Shown: positions 26,181 through 41,451 of the stretch, in pieces
How the letters are laid out: every line of letters starts with the position of its first letter
How positions within the stretch are numbered: position 1 is the first letter of the stretch
From: Eledone cirrhosa
Taxonomy: Eukaryota
DNA length: 64,000 bases
Reading direction: 5' to 3'
Assembly: GCA_964016885.1 (NCBI GenBank)
Contig: OZ024745.1
Location: 15,004,001-15,068,000, forward strand
Program-made: the position numbers and the translations under genes
The notes under the pieces: model-generated
What the model saw: only the letters and a program-made list of their open reading frames with translations
What the model was told of the DNA's origin: nothing
The model's database searches: none

Positions 26181-27298
26181 TTCTCCAGCATTAGAGATGT
26201 CAATCTGTGTATATAGTTCCGTCTTTTGGACAGTTTGTGCGAACGAAACCTTTTTTCCTTGTTTGTGGAGTTATTTTTGTTGGTCTTGTTGTCATTACTG
26301 TTGCTGCTGTTGGTGTTATTGTCACCATTATTGCTGTTGTTGTTGTTGTTGTCATTGTTGTCGTTGTTTTTGTAGTTCTCAATTGCTTAATTTTGGTTGT
26401 GGAATTCATTTGTGAAGTTGTGTTTTTCTCTTGTTCAATATTATTTTGTCCCGTATGTGTTTCCATACTTTTGTTTTAGCGTGATTTATCTCGGTCACTA
26501 CCTGTTGCTATCATTTCAACGCTCCCATTTCCATTTTTGGCGGGAAGCGCTTTAATTCATAGTTAAAACAAATTGTTATAAATTTTTTATGAAAACTTTT
26601 GTATGAAAATTTCAATGCCCGACCCACTGACAATTTAGTCAGAGGGTCAATCTATATAGTGGTATATTTTTTTAAAACAATAATTTTTTTTTTTATAAAT
26701 AAAATACAAAAACTTACCAGCGTGCCTGGCACACAACATCCTCTATTTCAGACAAGAGATAGACACATAGATAGATAGATGTACATACTGTCCGAAGATA
26801 GATACATACATCGGTAAGTAGCTATATGTGGCTGCTACATGAAAAGTCAATAACTTGTTAAAACCTTCTGAAAATGATAGGTAGGGAGGAAATTGCTATT
26901 CCCTGTAGCACCAAGAGGTGGTCACATTACTTAAATATATTTTGTTGATTCATTTCCATGTCATTTTCACTAGATAAATAATTTCTAAGTTCAATTAAAA
27001 AAAAAAAAAAAAATGTGCGTTTCAAATATTTAGGAATATTTCTGATTAAAATGATATCAACATAATATTTACGTGATATAAAGATAACATATGCACGATA
27101 TAATATTAGAAATGTATTACCTAAAAGAGAATATTTATCGCTAAATATAGGGTATAATATGTGTTAGCAATGATTTCTTTTGAAACGCACATTCTTTCTA
27201 ATTCCACATACACGTAGGTAACTACGTTATCAGGTTCATCCACGCTAGTCGATACCGAAGTTTGTTCATATTTTTTATGGTCTGTGATATGAAACTTG

Positions 27299-27775
27299 CT
27301 TCTTCTTCTTCTTCTTCTTCTTGGGGAGCAGACTCCTCAGATGCAACCGTTTCCAATTGATCCAGTTGGATCCCCAAGCAACACAAAGCTAACATTATTC
27401 TTGAAATTCTTCAAAAGTTCCCTCCAGTGGGTCCTATCAGAAGCAACCGTCTCCAACTGATCCGACTAGATGTTCAAGCGAGACCGGCCATGCTCATGGA
27501 TGGGTCTCCTGCTGGTTGGTTTTGCTTATAAAATCTATCCAGCGATTCCTTTCTGAGACATTCTAACCACATGCTCATAGTATCGTAGCTGTGATCTCTC
27601 AATTCGGAGAATTAGCGGCTCTACTTGGAGTGATTCTCTGGTCTCCGAGTTACGCACTCTATCGAGTAATGTTACTCCAAAGAACCCCCATTTCGGCCAC
27701 TTATATTCGCGACTGTATTCTTTCGGTCATTACCCAAGATTCATGATCATAGGTAAAAGTTGGCACGAATATTAC
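27299..27775 (-). mobile_element. RTE-clade LINE, 3' fragment with (GAA)n tail
   Basis: Manual minus-strand translation: FVPTFTYDHESWVMT...GVTLLDRVRNSETRESLQVEPLILRIERSQLRYYEHVVRM. Confidence 0.85.
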
Positions 27776-28477
27776 GTAAAACTTGAAATTTCAAAATCTG
27801 AATTTTTCAATTTCTCCGTTTGACTTAATCATTAGCGTAGATTCATAAGGTTTGTCTAATTTAAATAAAGAAATAAATTCCACATACTAAAGGTGTCCTT
27901 TATCGAGACGAATGATTATTAATCACGTAAAGCACAATCTGCCGCAACAGAACTACATACCATCTATTCTATTTCTTTAACCAACACAGCCTAAAACCAA
28001 GTGCTGAACATAACATTATAGTTAGAAATCTTCTCAACGTTACTATTAAACAGTTTTAGTTAACACTATAATGTTAAAATCTAGAATTTAATTTGAACCA
28101 TCTTTACCATTTACTATAAAACATATGAACGAGCATCAGTATTGTATGAATATGTGTATCATAAATGATGTGTAAAAGAAATCTATTGATTGAAAATAAT
28201 TAAGTGGAACGAATAATTATGCGTATCAATGTTGATAATTATTGATAAATATCCCCTTTAGTTCATAGATTTTAAATTATATCCTCTTCATATTATTTCA
28301 ATATCACTTAAGTATTAATGTTACTAGTATTATTTTAGTAATAAACATTCATAATTGCTTTAAATCTTAAAACTGAAACACATAGATAATATACATGTAT
28401 TTGATTAACAATCAAACCGAATTTCGTAATATTTACCACCACTTTCAAATTCTCTCTCTCTCTCTCTTTCTCTCCCC

Positions 28478-28525
<48 letters not shown>

Positions 28526-29629
28526 GTATATATATATATATATATACGTATATATATATATATATATACGTATATGCATAATATATATCTTTGACAGCCA
28601 TAGTTAGGAAATGAAAACCATACCGCTCTTCATATATAAAGAAAACTACATATTTTTATATCTCTTTTGTATTAGTCTTTTGCCCCATAGCAATTCATAT
28701 AATTCCAGTCTATTCTTATTTGTTTTGCTTCAAATCAACTAATGACAGTTGTGAATTCTAATACTATTTATACGGCAATTTCCTTTTAGCAAAACTCAAA
28801 ATACGGCTTTTATCTTTACGTATTTCGAAATATTTAGCTTTCCTACTGTTCTAAATATTCTCCCCGTGCTTCTGGGTGAAAAGGGAAATCGATTATTTGA
28901 AATTTCAGTTTGTACTTTACTGAAGAAGCACTGCTTTGATTTAGAGATATGGTTTAGTATATTTTCTGTTGTCTGCAATGACACCACAACTGGCCTATCA
29001 GACAAATCTAAACGAACTTTACAAGTAGCAAGTCTCAGAAGAATATGTATTTCTTTGATTGATTTCAGGATTATTTCAGGAAAATCTCCCATACATAATT
29101 TACATAGAGAGTATATTTATACTTAAGTATCAGCTACAAAATAGCAGAGTATTTTAGGTAATTTTAGAGAATGCATTATAAGAACTTCAAACAAAATTTT
29201 TCCAGATATATGAATCACGGTTATTTTATAGTCTGCAGTCTGATATATATTTAAATCTCAATAAACGAAAAAGTCGAGATCTAAAAACAATAGCAGCGTA
29301 AAATATTTCAGTATGTAGAATCTTATTAAATATTTAGGCTTACAGTAAAATCATAATGGAAGAAAAACCCTAATTTCTGTTAAAAGTCAACGAAAGTAAC
29401 ATTATTATCTATATGCAGTTTTTTGGGGTTTTTTTTTTTCAGAACGAAAATGGAAGTTACTTTGACTTGTTTGGAGCTCATAGCAACAAATAAGCAATCA
29501 TCGCCTGGTACATCTAATTATGCTGTAGCATTCTAATTGAACAGCAGCTATTTCTATAAATAGAACCACATTTAATATTTACAACACAATCTAAACGGAA
29601 GTATGTTCCAAGCCCGGAGTTTATTAGGG

Positions 29630-29875
29630 CAGTGCTTATGGTGGTTTCCGTGGCGTTAAACGAGTAAGAACACAAGAGGCTCCCATAAACAGGATGCTAT
29701 CCATAGCAGGGTTAAACCCCTCGATATTGCTGCTAATCATTTACATCTGAATATAAGTGAAATAATAAATTGTTTTGCTCATCAACTCAACACACAACCC
29801 AGTCTAGGAATGGAACCCACAACAATATGATAGTAAGTCCAACGCACTTACCACTTGGCCAATGGGCTCCACAGT
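29630..29875 (-). mobile_element. tRNA-derived SINE of a second family, decayed
   Basis: Reverse-complement similarity to 30990-31245 (GGTTC..TTCCT.GACT.GGTTGTGTGTTG...TTTAACCCTG..ATGGA). Confidence 0.7.
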
Positions 29876-30125
29876 ACTATGTGTAGTTAAACATTTATAT
29901 TGCAACCTGTGGATTTTACTGTCGAGTATGTCTTCGATACTCTAGGAATGCATTTCTTTTACCTTTAACTATAAACTACATTCTAGAGATCACTAAATCT
30001 TTCACTGCATTCCATCTAAGGATATGGAAAGAAAACATATCTGGACTTGCTCCTACTCCCTTTGTTTTGAACACCCTACATAGATGGAAAATATCCTAAA
30101 CGTTATTTACCTAGGCCATATATCC

Positions 30126-30225
<100 letters not shown>

Positions 30226-30340
30226 GTGTGTGTGAGTGTGCGTGTTTGCGTGTGTATGTGTGCATGTGTGTGAGTCCAGGGTTGAATTGGGTGTAATCAT
30301 AGTAAGAAAAGTACTGAATACGTTAGTAGAGTGTAAGCAC

Positions 30341-30475
30341 CATGTTTAATATAGAAATGGCTTCTACAGGACTAGCACTGTTTCATTCAAAAAAATTATC
30401 AGGAAAGCTTTACTTGTTTTTTCTTTAGAATTAAACAGTTTTAGTCCTATAGAAGTCATTTCTATATTAAACATG
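30341..30475. mobile_element. 135-bp MITE-like foldback
   Basis: CATGTTTAATATAGAAATGGCTTCTACAGGACTA is inverted at 30442-30475 with 2 mismatches. Confidence 0.75.
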
Positions 30476-30989
30476 ATATGTATGTATAAAATATATATCT
30501 TTCGTTTCATATAAAGATTATGTGTGCAGAGTTTGATATTTCAAAGCTTGCTACTATTAACTTTCGATATCCATGTTCTGAAAGTATATAACTTCCGGTG
30601 GACTTATAATGATCTTTAATCAATGGACAAGACCACCATTCACAATATGGGCAGATCAGGATATGTAACTTTGTACCATTAATTAAAAACTTTACATCAA
30701 CTCTCCAAGTTTTGAAATAAGTATACACTTGGAAGTTTCTTGCGGTACTTTTAGATAACATTATCTTCCTGTTGGCTACGTCTTATTGGAGATATCTATC
30801 TACTTTCTATGTATCCTGTCTGGATAATTGTAAATATGGTCAGTACTAATTTATACCAGAGACAGAATTCTGTTTTTCGTTGAGTATTGTTTCTTACTTC
30901 TATTTTAAAAGACATCGAATAATGTATAGTGTTATGAACATAATAGATTTTATCGTAATTGATCCAGATCTATATAGTTTTTTCAAGAC

Positions 30990-31245
30990 GCTTGGCTTTG
31001 CGATAATGGTGTTCGACTTATGATTATAACGTCGTGGGTTCAAATCCTGGACTAGGTTGTGTGTTGTGTTCTTGAACATCAAACTTATTTTCTGTTTTCT
31101 CCAGTATACTCAGCTGAACATGAGTACCAGCAGTAGCTGGAGGTTTAACCCTGTGATGGACTGTTGACCTGTCTAGAAGGCGTCTTATATTCTCGGTAGC
31201 TTAACGCCAGCCTGATGAGTCTTGGGGCTCGGGAGACTTTAGACT
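30990..31245 (+). mobile_element. tRNA-derived SINE with CORE-like and V-like motifs
   Basis: B-box GGTTCAAATCC, GTGTTCTTGAAC, CCCTGTGATGGACTG. Confidence 0.7.
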
Positions 31246-32614
31246 TTATACAGTTTTAGGTATATGTTTTCCTTATATTTCAAACCAATTATTTTCAAGA
31301 CATATATAGTATGGCACAAATATACTTTCATGCATGTTTCCTTTAGATATATGTAGAGTTGTGTTCCTTACAAGTTGAGTTCTACGACTAGTGGAACTAA
31401 AGGTAGAATAAACAAACTGGAATTAGAATAAACAAAACAATACAAGTAGAGAGGAAGTAAATTAGAAATAAATATTTATATCTTACGGAAATAAATATAC
31501 ACGTTAAAATACTTATGTCTAGACGAGTTGGGGTTAACTAGAAAATGTTACTTTACATTTTGGTATACCTTATTATTGTATTCGTGGAAAGAGAAAAATA
31601 ATACCCCCCCCCCCAAAAAAAAACTATATGTATGGAACTCTCCCTACAAACTCCCTGTCTTTGTTTAATTTCATAGGACCAGTTGTTATATCTCATAAAA
31701 TAGATTGTAATGTTTTGTGCACTATTATTCTTCATTCTACATTTACAGGACATATTCTTATAAAATTAATATTTAGTGCTACAGTAGTATATATACGTGT
31801 GTAGTCCCGTTAGCGATCTAGCCTACATTACAAAAGAGAAAACCGTTTCTTTTTCATTATTGCTCCTCTTCTATGAATGTAAAACTAGAAAAACAAAAAT
31901 ATTTTTTCCTATTCTAGATAAATATTAGCTTCCTGATATAAAGTCCTACAATGCTAGCATTATAATATACACAGAGACTAGAAAATAAATTAATGTCTAG
32001 GGTTGTGGAAATCTCTGTGTTCTTGACACCTAACATTTTCTATTGCTAGCATGGAGAAGCTACTTTGATTAATGATACCTTCTCCTGTTCTCTGTACAAG
32101 TGATTGAACATAACATGATTCACTTATGCAATACACGAATCAAGAACACTTATTACGTAAATGATTTATATCTTGCTATGAGGCATGTTTCTAACACTCA
32201 CGTTAGTTGAATTACAGAGAAATTCTACTCTTGAGATGAACTTACTTCTAGAGTATTCCAATTATTTTAACGAGCCATAATTACTATAAAGAATAAGCAT
32301 ATAGATAGATGCTTAGATAACGTCCCAAAAGTTTGCTACCATTGAAAGTTGTGTGAAATATTAATCACCAAGATTAAGCTGTCAATCGTCCCTAGTACTA
32401 CTCGAACTTCATTGTTATGTCTGTATATGAAGAATTGGTGAAATAGCAAATTTCTAGTTCTTGAACCACTGTAATATATATTATCCAACAAATTCAACTG
32501 ATTTTATCTTACTAAATCGGAGGAAAAAGATGACGTTCTTTCTATTTCTTGCCCTTCCTGCTTAATGAGGCCGATTGAGATGATATAGTACTACAATTCT
32601 ATACTGATGTATGC

Positions 32615-33365
<751 letters not shown>

Positions 33366-33499
33366 TAGAGATATATAGAGAGAGATGGTGTAGTACCACG
33401 TTTACATAGTAATTTATGTATGGAAATCATATGTAAGGATGCTGCACTAGGCTGCCTAGTCTTGATAGAAAGGTTTTTCTAAAGAAAACATTGTAAAGA

Positions 33500-34308
33500 A
33501 CATATAATATAGTCTGTACATATAATAAACACTGTATATATAATATAGACTGTATATATAATATAGTCTGTACATATAATATAGACTGTACATATAATAA
33601 ACACTGTATATATAATATAGACTGTATATATAATATAGTCTGTACATATAATATAGTCTGTACATATAATAAACACTGTATATATAATATAGACTGTATA
33701 TATAATATAGTCTGTACATATAATATAGACTGTACATATAATAAACACTGTATATATAATATAGACTGTACATATAATAAACACTGTATATATAATATAG
33801 ACTGTACATATAATAAACACTGTATATATAATATAGACTGTACATATAATAAACACTGTATATATAATATAGACTGTACATATAATAAACACTGTATATA
33901 TAATATAGACTGTACATATAATAAACACTGTATATATAATATAGACTGTACATATAATAAACACTGTATATATAATATAGACTGTACATATAATGTAGAC
34001 TGTACATATAATATAGTCTGTATATATAATATAGACTGTACATATAATATACACTGTACATATAATATAGTCTGTACATATAATATAGTCTGTACATATA
34101 ATATAGTCTGTACATATAATATAGTCTGTACATATAATATGCACTGTACATACAGTGTACATATAATGTAGACTGTATATATAATATACAGTGTATATAT
34201 AATATAGACTGTACATATAATATAGACTGTACATATAATATAGACTGTACATATAATATACACTGTACATATAATGTAGACTGTATATATAATATAGAAT
34301 GTACATAA
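33500..34308. repeat. 18-bp minisatellite, about 45 units, consensus TATAATATAGACTGTACA
   Basis: Direct reading. Variants alternate to give a 36-bp higher-order unit. Confidence 0.95.
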
Positions 34309-36703
34309 AAGGTTTTCATGTTGCTAGAAGATATAATTAATATACAAACTGTTGCGCGGAGATGCTATAAGGTAGCTTATGGAATAAGGGGAAGTCCCTT
34401 TAAAGACCCTTTAAGACTGAAAAATTTACTAGATACCTTTTCTATAAGCTATTTCATTAGCATCTCCACGCATGAGCGCCTCATTCTTTATCTTAACTTT
34501 ATCTTCTCAGCCCTTTGTAAAAGTCTGAAAGATCGGCCACGTATACACGATGTTTTGTTTACTAAAAGATATATTTTGAAAGGTAGTGTCTACATAGATG
34601 AAATGGCATGTCCGAATAAGTATTCATTCATCATGTGACAAAACCCCAAACACAATTCACTACATTTCCAAATATTCAGCAAGAAGTGTATTTTCTTCAG
34701 CGGCCAATAATATATGTTTGTGCCAGACAAATGTGGTATCGAATTTTCTGCATGAAGAAATAGATATTCTTATCTAATTGATGTATTGTTTAGAATAACA
34801 GAAACAACTATTTAAATTATGCAGCAACTTTATGTCGACACTTGCTTTAGTTACCTGGCGCCATTTCAAAACGATCAAATATAAATATTTTCTAAAACCA
34901 GTATAGATTACTAGATATCTTTGGATGTTTAATAAATCACTACCTACACCAACTATATAAGTACTATTTATATTTAATGTATTAATACTGATTACAAACT
35001 GATATATATTGAGCAACGTATATTCCCGAGATATTTAATTATCTGACTTTGAAGCATAAGCATAACACAATAAGTTTATCTCAATCTTACTTTCACATAC
35101 CCCAGAGAATACAACAGCTTCTAATATTCGTCTTTTTCTATTTAAACTGCTGCTTTCTGTCACCAATTGTCTACGCAATCCTTAGAAAATATGGCCAATA
35201 CAGCAAAAATTAACTAATGAGATTTGAAGCTTCTTACTAAATGTAAATATATAAAAGTTATAGAACTCAAAGGATATACTCACAATAATGGCTGGGGTAC
35301 ACATTAAAATAAATATAAAATTTACTTCGACTGACAGAAACTATCAATTTCTTTGAGGAGTAAATGGCACATAAGTACATATAAGTTTTCAAACGGTATT
35401 GACTACACGGTGAGATGCGGTGGAGCGTATCACTGTTAATGTATAAATATAACATGATGTTTTTTTATATGTTCATTCCATACATAATTCTGTTTCAATA
35501 ACAAAACGACTGCTGCATACGCTTCAGAATAAACTATGCATTTCTGTTAATAGATCTTCCTAAACTGATATATGGTTTAAGATGTATAGTCACAAATATG
35601 TATATTTACCAAAATTAACCGCCCCATACCCAGCTCAATGCTATTCTGCAAACCAGAATACTATAATATGTTATAACATCAAAACGAATAGTCGTGAAAT
35701 ATTGAGTGCCATACATGGTCAGATATACATTGTTTATTTATATTTTGAGCCACATAAAATATTGGTTTCTTCAGTGATTAAACGACATACGCTTATCCCA
35801 CATCAAAAATAGAAAGAAGACAAGTCAACACTCCTGTTCATTTCTAGAAAATTCCTGGTCAAGATCGTATTCAAAATGCGAACCAATCAATATTAGAAAG
35901 AAATTCCACCAGTCCTGTACAGGCGATCAATACAAAACAGTTGGAGCAGAAATAAAGAGAGCCACAACAGGTCATGTTTATTGTATTTGTGGATGTGTAA
36001 AATAAATGCTGTTATGTACTTGGTAGTCGGCTCAATTCCGTAAATCTACTCAATCTCCACAAAGGAATAATAACTTGAGTTGTTGATGGTGGACAAGAGT
36101 TACAGCAATTCAGGCTAAAGTGGGAGTTAGACAGAGCTGCATGCTGACACCTGTATTATCTTATAAATATTTCTTATATATATGACCATATTATTACATA
36201 GAATGATTGGAAGCGGAAGAGAAATTACTAATAATTATCTACATGACAGGAATCTTTTCAACATCAGAAAATAGCAGGTTACCAACAAGCTCAGACGTGT
36301 GAGTGTGTGTCTGTGTGTGTGTGTAAATGCACATTGGAGACGTATAATTTTGCTTGAGATATGTGGGGTTTGTAGTCTGGCCATTTTGTTTCTACGTTTA
36401 TAGTGCATAATGTCGTATAATCTACATTTCCAAATACACATGTAATACAATGTAATCCCCCGACAGAATTAGCGTATAATAGTGTGTATGTAGCAAGGGT
36501 GGACCTTTAAAACAGATACTTTCAATCAGATGCCCTCCAGCTTCGAAGCCATGGTATAAGACTCTGGCGTAAGATGCAGGGGAAGCGAACACAATACTTC
36601 ATGATTTTAAAGCGAACTTCTTAACAATACAGAAATACTTACTAAAAAACATATATGTATATATGCAAGTACACGCGAATGTCTCCCCCCCCCTTCTCTC
36701 TCT

Positions 36704-36791
<88 letters not shown>

Positions 36792-36937
36792 CCAGTTACT
36801 ACAACGGTGCCATACCAGGTGCCTAGCCATAATAATTATATTAATACTCCTACGAGTTTCAGTTGTGCTCTATACCTTGGATATCTCTACAAAACTTTTA
36901 CCACCACACACACGTGCCCGCGCATATATATACTATT

Positions 36938-37058
<121 letters not shown>

Positions 37059-37191
37059 ATATATATATATATATATAGGAACATTTTCAAGACCCCGATG
37101 GCAGAGTTCGAGCCTATTACCCACTCTACTACCCTAAGTATTGAGTACTATGGTGCGTTATGGTCCACATGGTTCCTTACCACACTTCCTT

Positions 37192-37244
<53 letters not shown>

Positions 37245-38184
37245 GATATAAAATATGCACTTTTGTTATATATTGTTATAAACTATATGATATCTACCTT
37301 CTTCGAATAAGCAAGTACAATATAGAACGCTTAACATTTGCTAAGATCACATTATTTCAAATTAAAGGAAAAACAACACCTGGCTTTGTAGCCTGCAGAC
37401 AGATTAGCCAGGATTCCTATAATAGACCAAACTATTTGTTCGATTTCGATTTGGCCTTTAAGTAAGCACAAAATGTAATTGGACAGAAACTTAAAATGAA
37501 CATATAAATGTAGTGAAGGATTATGCCTTCCGGGGTCAATATTCACTTCATTTTCCATAAAGACTTAAGGATATCTCCAAGGAGTTAACTGCATACACAA
37601 TCAGTTTACGTAAAGTCTATATAGAAGTTGTTGACCTCCTGACATTCTTTAATTCGAACAGAATTTCTCCAAGCAGCTAATCTATTATGGAAATAGCATG
37701 CGTAACAATTACATTAAGCTATTCTTAATATGCAGATTCGAATTATCCAACAGACTTTATGAATCAGTGTCGCCATGTTGAAATATGTTGTTTATGTAAG
37801 AACATTTTATTTAGTTCTATAATCTTTTACTGGCATTTGTCGTTAGATTGCGGCCATGTTGGGTCCTTCTCTGGGAACGATTTCCGCCGATTATGTCAAC
37901 CCCAGTACATATTTTTCAAGCATGATATTTATTTATTAATCTCGTTTTGTTGAAATGTGAAATTATGAGACATATGCAAACAATTAAACTAAACACATAC
38001 ATACAAATTTACATAGTTACATATTTACTTGCCCAGAGAAAGTGGGAGAGAGAGGTTAATTTTATGTAGAGGAATGGAAAGAGACAACATTTAAATAAGG
38101 CGCTCCAGACATGACCTCAAAACAATGCATGTGCCTATATACAGTATATATTCATTATTTATATACTATTATATCAGTATATAG

Positions 38185-38592
38185 AGCGGTGTATTAGCAG
38201 TATAGGTAGAGTGTCAGACACCATGCTTTGCAGCATAGAGTTATAACCCTTTACATTCTGAGTTAAAATCCCGCCGATGCTGACTTTGTCTTTCATCTTT
38301 ACGGGGTCGATAAAATAAAGTACCAGTCACGCACTGGGGTCGATTTAATTGACTTTCCTCTCCCGCCAAATTGCTGGCCTTGTACCTATAGTAGAAATCA
38401 TTATATTGATTGGCAGTATCGGTAGAGGGTCGGACGCCATGCTTTGACGCATAGAGTTACGGCCCTTGCCATTCTGAGTTCAAATCCTGCTAAGGTTAAC
38501 TATGCCTTTCATCCTTACAGGGTCGATAAAATAAAGTACCAGTAATACACTGGGTAATTGCTGGCCTTGTGCCAAAAGTAGAAACAGTTATA
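38185..38592 (+). mobile_element. Two tandem Nin-like SINEs
   Basis: Match to the SINE consensus seen at 24450-24850. Confidence 0.88.
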
Positions 38593-38938
38593 TCGATCTA
38601 GCGGGGATTTTATGGACAAATATTTTTTGCACATTAAATTAAATGATTTATATTATTAGATATCACGTGATACATTTACAAAAATAATAATGACACTTCA
38701 GTGTGAGACTATAGCAATTGGATGTAATTGTTGAATATATTCTGTAATATATTATATTAAACTACTTCAAATTTCTCAATGACTACCGTAGTAAATTGAA
38801 ATATTTATACGGCATGTTTCAATTAATGTAGATTATTTACTTTAAATCAGTTCTATGGTTATTTGTGTTTTTTTTGCATATTAGTTTATTTACTTAATTG
38901 AGGTTAATATGTCAACTGAAAATGTTTTTAAATGTCCC

Positions 38939-39021
<83 letters not shown>

Positions 39022-39035
39022 ATATATATATATGT

Positions 39036-39341
39036 AAATATCTTTAAGTCGTTTGGAAGCCTCGACAATGCAAATGGGTAAATCTCCGGGTAACAAGATC
39101 CGGTGGTGGAGAGAGAGAAGTAAGTGAATCCGAAATATATAGGGACAATTAAATCTCTCCCAAGGTAACTCTCTCTCGTGTTCTTATTTTTATTTTTATT
39201 TTATCCTTTATACTCTTTCCTTCATTCTTCTACACGTCTTATACACACCACGCATCTCAACGTACACCCACTTACATCTCTCTCTCCCCGGAGATTTACA
39301 CATTTGCATTGTCGAGGCTTCCAAACGACTTAAAGATATTT
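39036..39341. repeat. Foldback element with 55-bp inverted repeats (1 mismatch)
   Basis: 39036-39090 versus 39287-39341. Confidence 0.85.
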
Positions 39342-39384
39342 GCCTATTATTCCACAATGCTTCAAGCAAACTTCAATACTCTCT

Positions 39385-39429
<45 letters not shown>

Positions 39430-39432
<3 letters not shown>

Positions 39433-39610
39433 TCTACTTTGGGCTCAAGGCCAGCAATTATCCCAGTATATTACTGGTACTTTATTTTATCGACCCTGTA
39501 AGGATGAAAGGCAAAGTTAACCTCGGCTGGATTTTAACTCAGATCATAAAGGGGCGTAACTCTATGCTGAAAAGCATGGCGTCCGACCTTCTACCGATGC
39601 TGCCAATCCA
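39430..39610 (-). mobile_element. Nin-like SINE
   Basis: Reverse complement of the SINE consensus. Confidence 0.88.
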
Positions 39611-39850
39611 ATATATATATATATATATACGAGGTAACAAATTATTGTTATAGGTAGTCCACTTAAGTGTAGTTCAGTTATGGTACTCCGGGTACTGGAT
39701 GATATCAACGCTTGGCTAAGTTTGACTCAACAAGGCGTTTCCATAGTGATGTTACGAGTACCCTGTAATTCCTATGTTGTAAACACTTGGAGTAGTGATA
39801 AATCAGGAAAGAAGAGTGACACGGTTTGCTATACAAAAAAGGTTTTTAAT

Positions 39851-39969
39851 CTCATTGCTGACAATTGTTTCTCTGAACTGGTAGGTCTAGAGATCGCAAC
39901 CCGCTTGTTTTCACGTTATTCGATCACCAATACAAAATTATAACCAGTCAATTCATCGGAGCTTGTGAG
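39851..39969 (-). ncRNA. Hammerhead variant (CCGAUGA core) in the PLE pseudo-LTR
   Basis: ctcacaagct-CCGATGA-[81 nt, actggt/accagt stem]-GAAAC-AATT-GTC-agcaatgag. Confidence 0.6.
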
Positions 39970-40452
39970 AATGAAAAGAATATACAGGCATGGCTACTAT
40001 ATATAGTAGTAATGGCATTCAATCAGAACAATAACAACAATACTAACAATGCTAGCAATAAATTATTTGAAATAATCACAACATCAATCTAGGTGGGAAG
40101 TATAGTATATCTACGATTTTAGCGTGTAAAACTAGCTGACATGAGGCAGATGTATAAAATTGACATGTAAAAGCTGTCATGGGGTGTATTATATATAGTG
40201 TAAAGATAAGCCGGTGGCTTTAAACAATGTAGGCCTGGTGGCCATAAGAATCATTTATTATCTGACAGATGAAGAATTTATCACTGTAGTGAGGATAGTA
40301 ATATTTGTGTGGTCTATATTAGATGAAAGGGTTGTCTAGCTTTCTCATCATCAATAACATACATGTATAAGACAACATTAACAGAGTAGCAATATAATAG
40401 GCAAGTTAATACAGAGGTTAAGGAGGCAATATATATACATACATACACACAT

Positions 40453-40542
<90 letters not shown>

Positions 40543-40802
40543 AGAGAAAACATGCTGACTATAATTATAACAAGAGGAAGGTAAAGTTCTGCTGTAGTAG
40601 TATTTTGAAATGTTCTTGGATTTAGGTTCATGTGTTGACAGCAGGTGAGAAGAGATATATTTATGAGTTGATAAGGTACTTACAGACATTAGTGTGGTAT
40701 AGAACTAAGAAGGCTAGAATGTACTTAATGATTATATTTCTGTGGTGGTTCGTGCAGTGTAGTGGATATCCTAAGTTGAAAGCTAAGTTACGTGGGTTCG
40801 AT

Positions 40803-41393
40803 TCACGGAGGTTTAAATCTTGTGAATTTAGTGGCGATCCTGTGTCTGCAGAAGATAAATCTTTCTAACTTGTTGTTGAGTAGCCTTTTTACATTTCTAA
40901 GGATATACAGTAATTCTAGATCACAGAGCCTACAGTGGGACATACCGGTACTGTAGGTCTTTGCGGCCGACAACCTCGACCAGTTGATACTGTAGTTGGT
41001 GTTGTTGTCCTTAAGTTCCCAGATTTTTTTGGCGAGGGTTGTAGAACCCATAAGTGCACGATTTTTCATCGAGTGTCTGTGCACATACCATTTTTTTTTT
41101 AAAGTACCCACGGTGGATCCAATGTAATGCCAAGTGGAGTTGTCTGAATTGACCGTACACATGTACACTGGGCTCGAATCAAGGCATCTATTCGCCAATG
41201 GGCACCTATCCTGTAGGTGACAGTTATAGTTTGAGGTGTTATTTCGTGCAGCTTCTACACTGCTGTTTTGTACAATGCTATACGTGGGTTGTGATTCATG
41301 CCCGTTGAGGTTTTGCTGCTGCGTGCTTGTATGCGCTGGCGGTTGTGATACTGTGATGTGTTTATGTTTATAATTTGGTGCTATGTTGCACAA
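40803..41393 (-). CDS. PLE GIY-YIG endonuclease domain, open frame, 5'-truncated
   Basis: NCHLQDRCPLANRC...VYMC...HYIGST...WYVH...TTLAKKIWELKD...CRLCDLE...LLN...FCRH. Confidence 0.85.
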   Translation of the reverse strand: MCNIAPNYKHKHITVSQPPAHTSTQQQNLNGHESQPTYSIVQNSSVEAARNNTSNYNCHLQDRCPLANRCLDSSPVYMCTVNSDNSTWHYIGSTVGTLKKKWYVHRHSMKNRALMGSTTLAKKIWELKDNNTNYSINWSRLSAAKTYSTGMSHCRLCDLELLYILRNVKRLLNNKLERFIFCRHRIATKFTRFKPP

Positions 41394-41451
41394 GGTGGAG
41401 CGGATTCCCTAGAGGAATGTATAGCAAACCGTGTCACTCTTCTTTCCTGAG

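Noticed and set aside
31212-31240. CTGATGAG in a SINE tail
   Set aside because: No GAAA partner; it is part of the SINE 3' region.
33427-34319. Three overlapping ORFs of about 280 aa
   Set aside because: Artefact of a stop-free 18-bp minisatellite.
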